A program made the translations under genes and the position numbers. Shown here piece by piece: positions 46,019 through 55,731 of a stretch of 64,000 nucleotides of DNA; within the stretch, counting starts at the first letter, position 1; each line of letters begins with the position of its first letter. The notes under the pieces were generated by a model that ran no database searches, was not told where the DNA came from, and worked only from the letters and a program-made list of their open reading frames with translations. The stretch is from an uncultured Bacteroides sp. (lineage in GTDB: Bacteria > Bacteroidota > Bacteroidia > Bacteroidales > GCA-2748055). Location: contig CAZOHA010000002.1 in NCBI GenBank assembly GCA_964579515.1, forward strand, positions 4,027-68,026. The letters run 5' to 3'.

Positions 46019-47466
46019 GATCCACCCGTTTTTTCAGGGGAGTGGGTCCGGATGACCTCCCCGGCCACCTGCCGGATCTCATCCAGCGCCCGGTCCACAT
46101 CCTCTTTTTCCGCGTAGGTCTGTCCGATCACCATCCGGGTGGTATGGAGTCCCCCGACCCTGGTATGACTCAGAAACACTCGGCCCCTCCGGTTGAGTTC
46201 ACTCAGAAAACGTTCATTCAGCAGGTCGATCTCCCGGGGATCATTCATCCCTTCGGGATGCAGCCGGAAGGTGCAGAAGTTCAGGATCGGTCCGGTGACC
46301 GGTTCCACCTGATCGATCAGGGCCACCTCCCGGGCAAAGTATTCCCCCAGGGCAATGTGGTGCCTCATCCGCTCCCGGATACCCTCCAGTCCGTAACTGC
46401 GGATCACGAACCAGAGTTTGAGCGCCCTGAACCTCCGTCCCAGGGGGATCCCCCAGTCCCGGTAATCGTTCACCGCCCCCCTGCTGGAGGTCTTCAGGTA
46501 TTCGGGCAGGATCTCGAAGGAGCGGATCAGCAGCTCCGCATCCCTCACGAAATAGAGGGAGCAGTCGAAGTTGGTGAACATCCATTTATGGGGATTGAAG
46601 ACGAAACTGTCGGCCATCTCCATTCCATGGGCCATCCAGCGGTACTCGGGCAGGATCAACGCGGTCCCGGCATAGGCTGCGTCCACGTGGAGCCAGAGTC
46701 CGTACCTTTTGCATATCCGTCCGATCTGCTCCAGCGGATCCACCGCCACGGTTCCGGTGGTCCCTATGGTGGCCACCACCGCGCAGGGGAGGTACCCCTT
46801 CTTCAGGTCTTCTCTGATCTGTCTCTCCAGGGCTGCCGGATCGAGCCGCAATTCCCGGTCCACCTCCACCTTTACCAGGTTTTGCCTGCCGATCCCGCAG
46901 ACGCCCATCGCCTTTTCGATGGAGGAATGGGTTTCGGCGGATGCATATACCCGGAGTCCCGCCGGGACCCCCTCTTTATTGGAACGGAACCCGGTTTTCG
47001 CCTCCCGGGCAGTGATCAGGGCCACCAGGGTGGCCGAGGAGGCGCTGTCCTGGATCACCCCTTCCATCGTTCCGGGAAGTCCCATGGCATCCCTGAGCCA
47101 TTCGGCCATTCGCTGCTCCAGTTCGGCGGCTGCCGGTGAGGTCTCCCAGATCATGCACTGGGCCCCCATGGCGGCGGTGATCATCTCGGCCATCACCGAC
47201 TCCACCGAATGGTTGGCCGGGAAGTAGGCATGAAAGTTGGGGTGTTGCCAGTGGGTCATGCCGGGGAGGATCACCTCCGACAGATCCTCCAAGATATCCT
47301 TCATCTCTTCACCCTGCTCCGGCGCCCGGGCAGGAATCTGCCGGCAGATTTCACCCGGTGGCACCTGCGATTTAACCGGCAGCTCCCGGAGATGATTCAG
47401 GTAGTGGTCGATCCACTGCAGGACCGCTTCGGCATCGTTACGGAAATTGGATGGTTGCATGGTCAT
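46015..47466 (-). CDS. Aromatic-L-amino-acid decarboxylase (group II PLP-dependent, DDC/TDC type)
   Basis: Start taken at ATG 47466. The PLP-lysine context FVFNPHKWMFTNFDCS is almost identical to the DDC motif NPHKWLLVNFDCS. HWQHPNFHAYFP is near the N-terminus. Confidence 0.88.
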   Translation of the reverse strand: MTMQPSNFRNDAEAVLQWIDHYLNHLRELPVKSQVPPGEICRQIPARAPEQGEEMKDILEDLSEVILPGMTHWQHPNFHAYFPANHSVESVMAEMITAAMGAQCMIWETSPAAAELEQRMAEWLRDAMGLPGTMEGVIQDSASSATLVALITAREAKTGFRSNKEGVPAGLRVYASAETHSSIEKAMGVCGIGRQNLVKVEVDRELRLDPAALERQIREDLKKGYLPCAVVATIGTTGTVAVDPLEQIGRICKRYGLWLHVDAAYAGTALILPEYRWMAHGMEMADSFVFNPHKWMFTNFDCSLYFVRDAELLIRSFEILPEYLKTSSRGAVNDYRDWGIPLGRRFRALKLWFVIRSYGLEGIRERMRHHIALGEYFAREVALIDQVEPVTGPILNFCTFRLHPEGMNDPREIDLLNERFLSELNRRGRVFLSHTRVGGLHTTRMVIGQTYAEKEDVDRALDEIRQVAGEVIRTHSPEKTGGS

Positions 47467-47506
47467 ATCACGAATGTAAACAATAATCTGTTGGCTCGGC
47501 GCAGCG

Positions 47507-48406
47507 TCAGCCGTCGTGACGCAGGATCGCATCTGCCAGAAGACCGGCCGCTGCGGGTTCGAACCTGAACCAGAGCTCCGGTTCGATCAGTTCCAGTTCG
47601 GAGATCAGGGGACGGTGCTCACGGTCAAAAATGGCATCCACCCGGGCATAGAGCGGAAGAGGCTGGCAGCAGGCCACGACCCTTTCTGCCAGTGCAATCT
47701 CCTCCGGAGCGGGATCGTAAGGGTGGACGGTCCCTCCAAAATCGTCCTGTACCCGGAAGTCCCCTTTCTTCGCCCTTTTCAGAACGGCGTGGGAGAAACG
47801 TCCCTCGAACAGCATATAGGCCACCTCACCATGGGTGAGGACCGCGGGCTGAAACTGCTGGATCATCATTGATTCGGAGGAGATGAGTTGCCGGAAGACC
47901 GGTTCGTAGGGCTCCGGGCCTGAGGAGGGAAAGCGGTAGGTATGCCGCGCGGCACCCGATACGGCCGGCTTCAGGATCACCTCCTCCCATCCGGTTTCCC
48001 CGATCAGGGCCGATAGGGTGCGCCGTTCACCCCGTTCGGCAAACACCGTGGGAGGAGTGGGGATCCCCTGCCCGGAAAGGTCGTTCAGGTAGTGCTTGTC
48101 GAGGTTCCACCGGATCAGTTCATAGGGATTGATCATTTTCGTGAGGTGACTGACTCGTTCCAGCCAGGGCGCGAATTCGGGGAACCGGTCGAAATAATCC
48201 CAGGTGCTCCTGAAGAGAATGTACCGGGTATCGTTCCAGGGAACCTCCGGGTGGTCCCAGTGGATCCTTCTCACTCTCCACCCCCGCTCTTCCAGGGCCA
48301 TTCTCACCAGTCCGTCCTCTTTCAGCACATTCCGGAGGTAAGGGTTGCTGCCGGGATCGCCGGTCAGCCTGGAATCGGTGAGTATGGTCAGGTCGAAGGG
48401 GATCAT
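47507..48406 (-). CDS. ATP-grasp fold ligase of unknown specificity (RimK/glutathione-synthetase-like)
   Basis: Start taken at ATG 48406 (MIPFDLTILTD). ATP-grasp landmarks are VILKPAVSGAARHTY, MIQQFQP...GEVAYMLFEG, DFRVQDDFGG and ARVDAIFDREHRPLISELELIEPEL. The ORF-track start at 48658 would overlap the LysE gene. Confidence 0.7.
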   Translation of the reverse strand: MIPFDLTILTDSRLTGDPGSNPYLRNVLKEDGLVRMALEERGWRVRRIHWDHPEVPWNDTRYILFRSTWDYFDRFPEFAPWLERVSHLTKMINPYELIRWNLDKHYLNDLSGQGIPTPPTVFAERGERRTLSALIGETGWEEVILKPAVSGAARHTYRFPSSGPEPYEPVFRQLISSESMMIQQFQPAVLTHGEVAYMLFEGRFSHAVLKRAKKGDFRVQDDFGGTVHPYDPAPEEIALAERVVACCQPLPLYARVDAIFDREHRPLISELELIEPELWFRFEPAAAGLLADAILRHDG

Positions 48407-48417
48407 GGTTTGACGGA

Positions 48418-49032
48418 TTAACCTGTGAAATAGCGGATGCTTCCGTAGATCATATCGGCGGCAAAATAGAAAAAAGCCAGGGAAAAAACCTTCATCATCC
48501 AGGGAATAACGGCAGGACGGGAAAGGATCCGCCGGAACCTGGAAAATGTGTAAGAAAGCGCCAGTGTTGAAATCAGCCATCCCAGCTGCACGGAGCCCAT
48601 GAAGAGGTATTCTCCGTATGGGATCTCCCGGGCCAGCAGCATCGCTTTGGGAATGCATATGGTGATCCAGTAGGTCCAGAGCACCCCGTTGGTCAGGATC
48701 ATCAGGATCAGTTTTCCTGTTCCGAAGCGGACCTGCCGGCGGCTGTCCAGGGAGCGCACCTTCCAGATTGAAACGGCGATCCAGACCAGGATGGCTGCTC
48801 CTGCCAGGGAGAGGCCGTGGAAAAATCCCTCCCGGAGACCGGCCAGGGAGAGGATCAGGAGACTGATGACCGCCACCAGGCTCTCCACCAGCAGGGCCAG
48901 AAAGGTGATCCTGAGGCTCCTGGTGAATCCTCTTTGCAGGACCTCGGTGAAGATGGCGGTAATCACGGGTCCGGGGATCACTCCCCCGATAAGCCCCAGC
49001 AGCAGCGCTATGATCAGTTCATGCAGGATCAT
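48418..49032 (-). CDS. LysE-family amino-acid/metabolite exporter
   Basis: 204 aa with about 6 TM segments. The N-terminus LLGLIGGVIPGPV is typical of LysE/RhtB translocators. Confidence 0.8.
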   Translation of the reverse strand: MILHELIIALLLGLIGGVIPGPVITAIFTEVLQRGFTRSLRITFLALLVESLVAVISLLILSLAGLREGFFHGLSLAGAAILVWIAVSIWKVRSLDSRRQVRFGTGKLILMILTNGVLWTYWITICIPKAMLLAREIPYGEYLFMGSVQLGWLISTLALSYTFSRFRRILSRPAVIPWMMKVFSLAFFYFAADMIYGSIRYFTG

Positions 49033-49111
49033 TCCGGCGGACGCGAAGTTACATAAAACGGGCTTAATTTGTATATTGGACGTTTCTACCCATTCACCAA
49101 ATGATCATCAC

Positions 49112-52100
49112 ATGAGATATTCTTTCATTGCCTTGCTTCTTCTGGCCCTGCCGCTCGGTGCACAGGAATCGGCGGAGCCTTTCTCCGCGAAAACATTCAA
49201 AGGATTGGAGTTCAGAAATATAGGACCCGCCTTCACCTCGGGGCGAATCGCCGATATCGCCATTCACCCCGAAAATGAGAACTGCTGGTATGTGGCGGTT
49301 GGCTCAGGGGGGGTATGGAAAACCACCAACGCAGGGATCACCTGGAAGCCCATTTTTGACGATCAGCCCTCCTATTCCATCGGCTGTGTGACCATTGATC
49401 CGCTGAACCCCGGCACCATCTGGGTGGGTACCGGGGAAAATGTCGGCGGCCGGCATGTGGGTTTCGGCGACGGGATCTACCGGAGCGATGACGGAGGGAA
49501 GAGCTGGAAGCAGATGGGCCTGGAGAATTCAGAGCACATCTCCCGGATCCTCGTTCACCCCGATAACTCTGATTTCATCCTGGTGGCGGCACAGGGACCC
49601 CTCTGGAACAAAGGGGGAGACCGGGGCCTATACAGGAGCCTGGACGGCGGCGGAAGCTGGGAGAAGGTTCTGGGGGATAACGAGTGGACCGGCGCGACCG
49701 AGGTGGTGTTCGATCCGGCCGATCCCGGCTGGATCTATGCGGCTACCTGGCAGCGTCACCGGAACGTGGCTGCCTATATGGGCGGGGGGCCAGGTACAGG
49801 AATTTATCGCAGCAGCGACGGCGGGGAGACCTGGGAGAAGCTCAGCAGGGGGCTGCCGGACTCCAACATGGGGAAAATCGGACTGGCCGTCTCCCCGTTC
49901 GACCGCAATGTGATCTATGCTGCCATCGAGCTGGACCGGCGCAGGGGAGGCCTGTTCATCTCCAGGGACCGTGGAGCATCGTGGTCCAAACAGTCGGAGA
50001 TAGTCTCGGGAGGAACCGGTCCTCACTACTACCAGGAGCTTTATGTCTCTCCCCATTACGAAGGAACCCTCTACCTGGCCGACGTTCGGATGCAGGTATC
50101 GGACGATCATGGAAAGACGTTCCGCCGCATGGAGGAGGATTACAAACACTCCGACAACCATTCTCTCAATTTCCGTGTCGATGATCCCGACTATCTTCTG
50201 GTGGGGACCGACGGGGGTATCTACGAGAGTTACGATCTGGGCGAACACTGGCGGTTCGTCGCCAATCTTCCGATCACCCAGTATTACAAGCTGGCCGTGG
50301 ACGACAGCGAGCCCTTCTATTTTATTTACGGGGGGACCCAGGACAACGGCTCCCACGGGGGACCCTCACGGACTACGAATGTGCACGGGATCAGGAATGC
50401 CGACTGGTTCAAGATCCTGGGGGCCGACGGTCACCAGACTGCCACAGAACCCGGGAATCCCGGGATCGTATACGCCGAATCGCAGCAGGGCGGGATCCAC
50501 CGGATCGACCGGGTGACCGGCGACCAGGTTTACGTGCAGCCCCAGGCGGGAGAGGGAGAGCCCCACGAACGTTTCAACTGGGATACCCCCATCCTGGTGA
50601 GTCCTCACGATCCGGCACGCATCTACACCGCCTCCTACCGCGTCTGGCGTTCCGACAACCGGGGCGACAGCTGGAGGGCGATCTCGGATGATCTGACCCG
50701 GGACCAGGAGCGGATCGAACTGCCGGTCATGGGACGCCGGCAGAGCTGGGATAACCCCTGGGATTTCTATGCCATGTCGACCTACAATACCATCACTTCG
50801 CTGGCCGAATCGCCCCTTCAGGAGGGACTGATCTGCGCCGGGACCGACGACGGGATCATCCAGGTGACCGAAGACGGCGGAGAGAACTGGCGAAAGACAG
50901 AGGTGGGCAGCATCCCCGGAATTCCCTCCACTGCCTTCGTCAACGACATCCGGGCCGACCTGTTCGATGCTCAAACGGTTTATGCCGCCCTGGACAACCA
51001 TAAATTCGGGGATTTCAAACCCTACCTGGTCAAAAGCACCGATGCCGGGAGGAGCTGGAGCATGATCACGGGCGATCTGCCGGAGCGTCTGCTGGTGTGG
51101 AGACTGGTACAGGACCACCAGGTGAGTGATCTGTTGTTTCTGGCCACCGAATTCGGGGTCTACTTCACCCGCGACGGAGGCAGGAGATGGATCGAACTGG
51201 GCGGCGGGACTCCCACCATTGCTTTCAGGGATATCACGGTTCAGCGGCGCGAGAACGATCTGGTGGGGGCCACCTTCGGAAGGGGATTTTACATCCTGGA
51301 TGATTATACCCCCCTGCGGCAGGCTACCCCGGAGTTCCTGGATCAGGAGGCGGCCCTGTTTCCGGTCAGGGATGCCTGGTGGTATATCCCCGATAACATC
51401 GTCAGTGCACAGGGCGCCTCCGATTACCGTGCCGGTAATCCGCCCTTCGGGGCTCTTTTCACCTATTATCTCAGGGAGGAGGTTTCCACCCTCAGGGAGA
51501 AGCGCCAGGAGAGAGAAAAGGAGCTGGACCGGGAGAAGTCCGACATTCCCTTTCCGGGATGGGACGAATTGGACCGGGAGCTTGGGGAGGATCAGCCCTT
51601 CCTGGTTTTTGTGGTTACCAATGAACAGGAGGAGGTGGTCAACCGGGTGACCGCCCCTGCAAGGAAAGGGATCCACCGGGTCAGCTGGAACCTGAGGCAC
51701 GCCTCGTCCAGGCCGGTGGAGCCCGGCTCGTCGGAGAAGATCAGCACCTCATCGGGATACCTGGCCACTCCGGGGACCTACCGGGTAACGATGGCATTGT
51801 CGACCGAAGAGGGAATGGAAGTGCTTACCGAACCCCGTTCCTTCCGGGTGAAGCCTCTGCAGGAAGGGGTGCTGGAGGGACCCGGATACGGAGAAATGGA
51901 CCGGTATCGAAGGGAGGTGGAGAAGGCCGTGGAGCAGCTGCAGAAAGCCCGGCACAGGCTGGAACTGGCTCAGAAGCGGATCAGCGGAATGAAACTGGCT
52001 TATTTCCGGATCGACATGGAGAATCCGGACCTTCTGGACCGGATCCTTCAGGTTCAGAAGAGAGGGGAGGAATTGTACCGGTCGCTCCATGGAAGCCCCT

Positions 52101-52339
52101 CCAGGGAAGAGGTGGGAGAGAAACAGCCCCCCGGCCCCGCCAACCGGATCTCGGTGGCAACCAGGGGACTCTCCACCACCTACGGACCCACCCCGCTGCA
52201 CCGGGAGAATCTGGAACTGGGCCTGAAAGAGCTGCAACCGGTCAAGGATGAACTCGATGTGCTCTTCGAGGAAGTGATCCCCGCACTTGAGCAGGACCTT
52301 CGCGAGGCCGGAGCACCATGGATCGAAGGTCAGCAATAG
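49112..52339 (+). CDS. Secreted BNR/Asp-box repeat protein, sortilin/VPS10-like double beta-propeller
   Basis: Start taken at ATG 49112 (MRYSFIALLLLALPLGAQE). At least 8 Asp-box motifs are present (SDDGGKSW, SLDGGGSW, SSDGGETW, SRDRGASW, TEDGGENW, STDAGRSW, TRDGGRRW). The ORF-track N-terminal extension from 48689 is antisense to the LysE gene. Confidence 0.85.
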   Translation: MRYSFIALLLLALPLGAQESAEPFSAKTFKGLEFRNIGPAFTSGRIADIAIHPENENCWYVAVGSGGVWKTTNAGITWKPIFDDQPSYSIGCVTIDPLNPGTIWVGTGENVGGRHVGFGDGIYRSDDGGKSWKQMGLENSEHISRILVHPDNSDFILVAAQGPLWNKGGDRGLYRSLDGGGSWEKVLGDNEWTGATEVVFDPADPGWIYAATWQRHRNVAAYMGGGPGTGIYRSSDGGETWEKLSRGLPDSNMGKIGLAVSPFDRNVIYAAIELDRRRGGLFISRDRGASWSKQSEIVSGGTGPHYYQELYVSPHYEGTLYLADVRMQVSDDHGKTFRRMEEDYKHSDNHSLNFRVDDPDYLLVGTDGGIYESYDLGEHWRFVANLPITQYYKLAVDDSEPFYFIYGGTQDNGSHGGPSRTTNVHGIRNADWFKILGADGHQTATEPGNPGIVYAESQQGGIHRIDRVTGDQVYVQPQAGEGEPHERFNWDTPILVSPHDPARIYTASYRVWRSDNRGDSWRAISDDLTRDQERIELPVMGRRQSWDNPWDFYAMSTYNTITSLAESPLQEGLICAGTDDGIIQVTEDGGENWRKTEVGSIPGIPSTAFVNDIRADLFDAQTVYAALDNHKFGDFKPYLVKSTDAGRSWSMITGDLPERLLVWRLVQDHQVSDLLFLATEFGVYFTRDGGRRWIELGGGTPTIAFRDITVQRRENDLVGATFGRGFYILDDYTPLRQATPEFLDQEAALFPVRDAWWYIPDNIVSAQGASDYRAGNPPFGALFTYYLREEVSTLREKRQEREKELDREKSDIPFPGWDELDRELGEDQPFLVFVVTNEQEEVVNRVTAPARKGIHRVSWNLRHASSRPVEPGSSEKISTSSGYLATPGTYRVTMALSTEEGMEVLTEPRSFRVKPLQEGVLEGPGYGEMDRYRREVEKAVEQLQKARHRLELAQKRISGMKLAYFRIDMENPDLLDRILQVQKRGEELYRSLHGSPSREEVGEKQPPGPANRISVATRGLSTTYGPTPLHRENLELGLKELQPVKDELDVLFEEVIPALEQDLREAGAPWIEGQQ

Positions 52340-52352
52340 AGAGGGGTGAACG

Positions 52353-55300
52353 ATGATCGGAACATCAATAGATTTGATTATGACTAAGTATCAGATGCAG
52401 AGCCTCCTGAAGGGGATGGTTCTGAAGAGCACATTTCTTGTCCTGGCAGGGATCTTCCTCACGGGGGAGGCGTTTGCCCAGGAGACCCGGCTTTTGCGGC
52501 AGCCTTCGGTCCGGAAGGAAAAGATCGCTTTTTCCTACGGAGGAGATATCTGGATCACGGGAACCGGCGGGGGAGAGGAGGTCATTCGCCTGACCAGCAC
52601 TCCTGCCGTGGAGAGCGATCCCCATCTCTCCCCCGATGGCAAATGGGTGGCTTTTACCTCGAACCGTTCCGGCAACCAGGCAGTCTACCTGGTCCGCTCG
52701 GGCGGGGGTGAGGCCGAAAGACTCACCTGGCACCCGCGGGGAGCCACCGTGAGGGGCTGGACCAGGGATGGTAAACGGGTTCTCTATGTCTCCACCCGGG
52801 AGACGGCACCGGTGGGGTATCATCGCCTCTGGAGCGTATCCGCGGAGGGAGGGCCATCGAAGCTGGTGACCGCCCAGTGGGTCAATGACGCCAGTTTTTC
52901 GCCCGACGGGCGCCGTCTGGTGATCGACCGTATCCGCAGGTGGGACCAGGAGTGGAGGGCCTACCGGGGTGGACAGAACACTCCTCTGATCATCCTCGAC
53001 CTGGAGGATTTCTCCGAGACCCTGCTTCCCAATGAATCCACCACCGATATTCATCCGGTATGGCTGGGAGACCGCATCTATTTCCTGTCGGACAGGGACA
53101 TGACCATGAATATTTGGTCCTGCTCTCCCGGGGATCAGGCGGTGACCCGGGTGACCGATTACCGGGGATCCGATATCAAATGGCTCGACGGGGAAGGCGA
53201 ACAGCTGCTCTTCGAGCGGGACGGTTACCTCCACCGGCTCGACCTGACCACCGGAGATACTTCCCGGATCCATATAACGGTCAGGGGGGATTTCCCCTGG
53301 GCCGGGGAGACCTGGGAGGATCTCAGCAAGCGGATCGGATCGGTTTCGCTCTCACCCACCGGGAAGAGAGCGCTGCTGGAATCCAGGGGCGAAGTGTACA
53401 CCATCCCGGTGGAACACGGCGATGCCAGAAGCCTTACCGGAACCTCCGGAGCGGCCGACCGTTCACCGGTATGGTCCCCCAGAGGGGATTCCATTGCCTG
53501 GTTCTCCGATGAGGGAGCAGAGGGTTACCGCCTGAAGGTGGCCGGGCAGGACGGACTTTCCGATCCCAGGTCGCTCGATATCGGGATCTCCAGGCTGGGA
53601 TGGGAACCGGCCTGGTCGCCCGATGGAAAGTATCTTGCCTTTACCGATGATGATGTCCGGGTCCGGATCGCCGATATGACCACCGGTCAGGTGGAAACCA
53701 TCGATACTGCCGGGATGAACCTGGAAAGGGGATCCATGGGGCTCACCTGGTCGACCGACTCGCGGTGGCTGGCTTATTCCCGGACGGGAAGCAACCACTT
53801 CAGGCGCATCGTGGTATGGTCGCTGGATGACCGGAAAGCCAGGGAGATCACCAATGCGTTTGCCGACTCCTATGATCCCGCATGGGACAGGGACGGCCGT
53901 CACCTCTATTTCCTGGCCAGCACCGATGTGGCACTGGGATCGGGATGGGCCAACACCAGTTCGATCACCTCGGATCCCAGCTACACGGTCTACGTGGTGA
54001 ACCTGAGATCGGGCGACCCCTCTCCCTTTGAACCGAGAAGTGATGAGGAGAATGGCGGAGAGGAAGAGGGAAAAGAAGAGGGAGAGGAGGAAAATGGCGG
54101 GAAAGTGGATGAGGATACAGAGGTTCAGATCGATTTCGGGGGGATCCAGCGGCGCACCCTGGCCCTTCCGGTTCCCGGCCGGAATTACCGTGGCATCTAC
54201 ACGGGCACGGCGGGTACCCTGTTCATTGCGGAGAACAAGCCGGATGAACCCGGGTTGGCTATCCATAAATTCAATCTGAAGAAACGCGAATCGGAGGTAT
54301 TCACCTCGGGAGTGAGCCGGGTGTCGGTAAGTGCCGACGGTAAGAAGATCCTGACACGGAGCGGGAACAACTGGAAGGTCTGGGATGCCACCAAATCGAA
54401 GGCATCGGACGGAAAGACCCTGAAAGTGGACCTGGCCATGAAAGTGGACCGGCAGGCCGAATGGGCGCAGATCTTCGAGGAAGCCTGGAGGTATGAACGG
54501 GACTACTTTTACGATCCGGGTATGCACGGCAGGGACTGGCAGCAGGTTTATGAAAGGTACGCTCCCCTGGTACCCCATGTGAAGCACCGTACCGACCTCA
54601 CCTACCTGCTCGATCAGATGAACGGTGAGCTTTCGGTGGGCCACAGTTTTGTGTTCGGGGGGGACTATCCCGAGGTGGAGAAATCGAGAATGGGCATGCT
54701 CGGAGCGGATCTGGTGCCGGAGGATGGCGGATGGAAGATCGCCAGGATCTACACCACCGAAAGCTGGAACCCTAAATTGTCAAGTCCGCTCGACCGGCCG
54801 GGAATGGAGGTAAAGGAGGGGTATTTCCTGACAGGTATCAACGGAGTTCCGCTGCCTGATTCGATCGATCCGTTCAGCCTGCTGGATGGTACCGCGGGAA
54901 AACAGACCGTCATTCATCTGAACAGGGGTCCCGGATTCGGAGATTCATGGAAGGAGACCGTAGAACCGATCGGCAGTGAGAGTGCACTGAGGCAACGCGC
55001 CTGGGTGGAGGATAACCGCAGGCTGGTGGACTCCCTTTCTCAGGGGAGGCTGGCCTATGTCTGGGTCCCTAATACCGGAACGCCCGGACTGATCTCCTTC
55101 GACCGGTACTTTTTCGCGCAACAGGACAAAGAGGGTGCCGTGATCGATGAACGGTTCAACGGGGGAGGATTGCTGGACGACTATATGGTCGACCTGATGA
55201 CCCGGAATCTGAGGGCAGCCATCACCAATGAAGTGCCGGGGGGAGAGCCCATGGTGCTTCCTGCCGGAATTCTCGGACCTAAAGTATTGCTCATTAATGA

Positions 55301-55661
55301 ATTATCAGGTTCCGGAGGCGATTTTTTCCCATGGGTGTTCCGGCAGCAGAAAGCCGGACCACTGATCGGCATGCGCACCTGGGGCGGACTGGTCAAATCG
55401 TCGGTGCACTACTCCCTGGTGGATGGAGGGGCACTGACGGCACCCGACAATGCCGTTTTCGATCCGGTGAATAACCGTTGGGTAGGGGAGAATGAAGGAA
55501 TTCCGCCCGACATCGAGGTGCGGCTGGATGCCCGGTCCATGGAAAAAGGAGAGGATCCCCAGCTGATCCGCGCGGTGGAGGAGGCACTCCTGCTGATCGG
55601 GCGGGATCCGCTGCCGGAGGTGACCCGGCCATCCTTCCCCACACCGGCCACCGGAGAATAA
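52353..55661 (+). CDS. Tricorn-protease-like S41 peptidase (TolB-like propellers + PDZ + S41 catalytic domain)
   Basis: About 1100 aa. Signal peptide ...FLTGEAFAQE, then LLRQPSVRKEKIAFSYGGDIWI and repeated WSPDG-type propeller blades. The C-terminal S41-like region is LINELSGSGGDFF. Alternative ATG starts are at 52380 and 52395. Confidence 0.85.
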   Translation: MIGTSIDLIMTKYQMQSLLKGMVLKSTFLVLAGIFLTGEAFAQETRLLRQPSVRKEKIAFSYGGDIWITGTGGGEEVIRLTSTPAVESDPHLSPDGKWVAFTSNRSGNQAVYLVRSGGGEAERLTWHPRGATVRGWTRDGKRVLYVSTRETAPVGYHRLWSVSAEGGPSKLVTAQWVNDASFSPDGRRLVIDRIRRWDQEWRAYRGGQNTPLIILDLEDFSETLLPNESTTDIHPVWLGDRIYFLSDRDMTMNIWSCSPGDQAVTRVTDYRGSDIKWLDGEGEQLLFERDGYLHRLDLTTGDTSRIHITVRGDFPWAGETWEDLSKRIGSVSLSPTGKRALLESRGEVYTIPVEHGDARSLTGTSGAADRSPVWSPRGDSIAWFSDEGAEGYRLKVAGQDGLSDPRSLDIGISRLGWEPAWSPDGKYLAFTDDDVRVRIADMTTGQVETIDTAGMNLERGSMGLTWSTDSRWLAYSRTGSNHFRRIVVWSLDDRKAREITNAFADSYDPAWDRDGRHLYFLASTDVALGSGWANTSSITSDPSYTVYVVNLRSGDPSPFEPRSDEENGGEEEGKEEGEEENGGKVDEDTEVQIDFGGIQRRTLALPVPGRNYRGIYTGTAGTLFIAENKPDEPGLAIHKFNLKKRESEVFTSGVSRVSVSADGKKILTRSGNNWKVWDATKSKASDGKTLKVDLAMKVDRQAEWAQIFEEAWRYERDYFYDPGMHGRDWQQVYERYAPLVPHVKHRTDLTYLLDQMNGELSVGHSFVFGGDYPEVEKSRMGMLGADLVPEDGGWKIARIYTTESWNPKLSSPLDRPGMEVKEGYFLTGINGVPLPDSIDPFSLLDGTAGKQTVIHLNRGPGFGDSWKETVEPIGSESALRQRAWVEDNRRLVDSLSQGRLAYVWVPNTGTPGLISFDRYFFAQQDKEGAVIDERFNGGGLLDDYMVDLMTRNLRAAITNEVPGGEPMVLPAGILGPKVLLINELSGSGGDFFPWVFRQQKAGPLIGMRTWGGLVKSSVHYSLVDGGALTAPDNAVFDPVNNRWVGENEGIPPDIEVRLDARSMEKGEDPQLIRAVEEALLLIGRDPLPEVTRPSFPTPATGE

Positions 55662-55731
55662 GCCAGGCCTTTCGCCCGGCGATACCAGGGGATGGATAGA
55701 ACAGCCTGACGGGGAGAACAGCAGGAGTTTT

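Noticed and set aside
48407-48658. 84-codon N-terminal extension of the ATP-grasp ORF. Similar extensions occur at 24923-25084 (isochorismatase), 57974-58039 (galM), 22595-22699 (porin), 32694-32771 (lipoprotein) and 36997-37041 (DPP4-like).
   Set aside because: The extensions overlap upstream genes or lack signal peptides. Internal ATGs give clean gene junctions, signal peptides or lipoboxes.
48689-49111. 141-codon N-terminal extension of the BNR/sortilin-like ORF in the six-frame track.
   Set aside because: The extension is antisense to the LysE gene and has shadow-ORF composition. A canonical signal peptide begins at ATG 49112.
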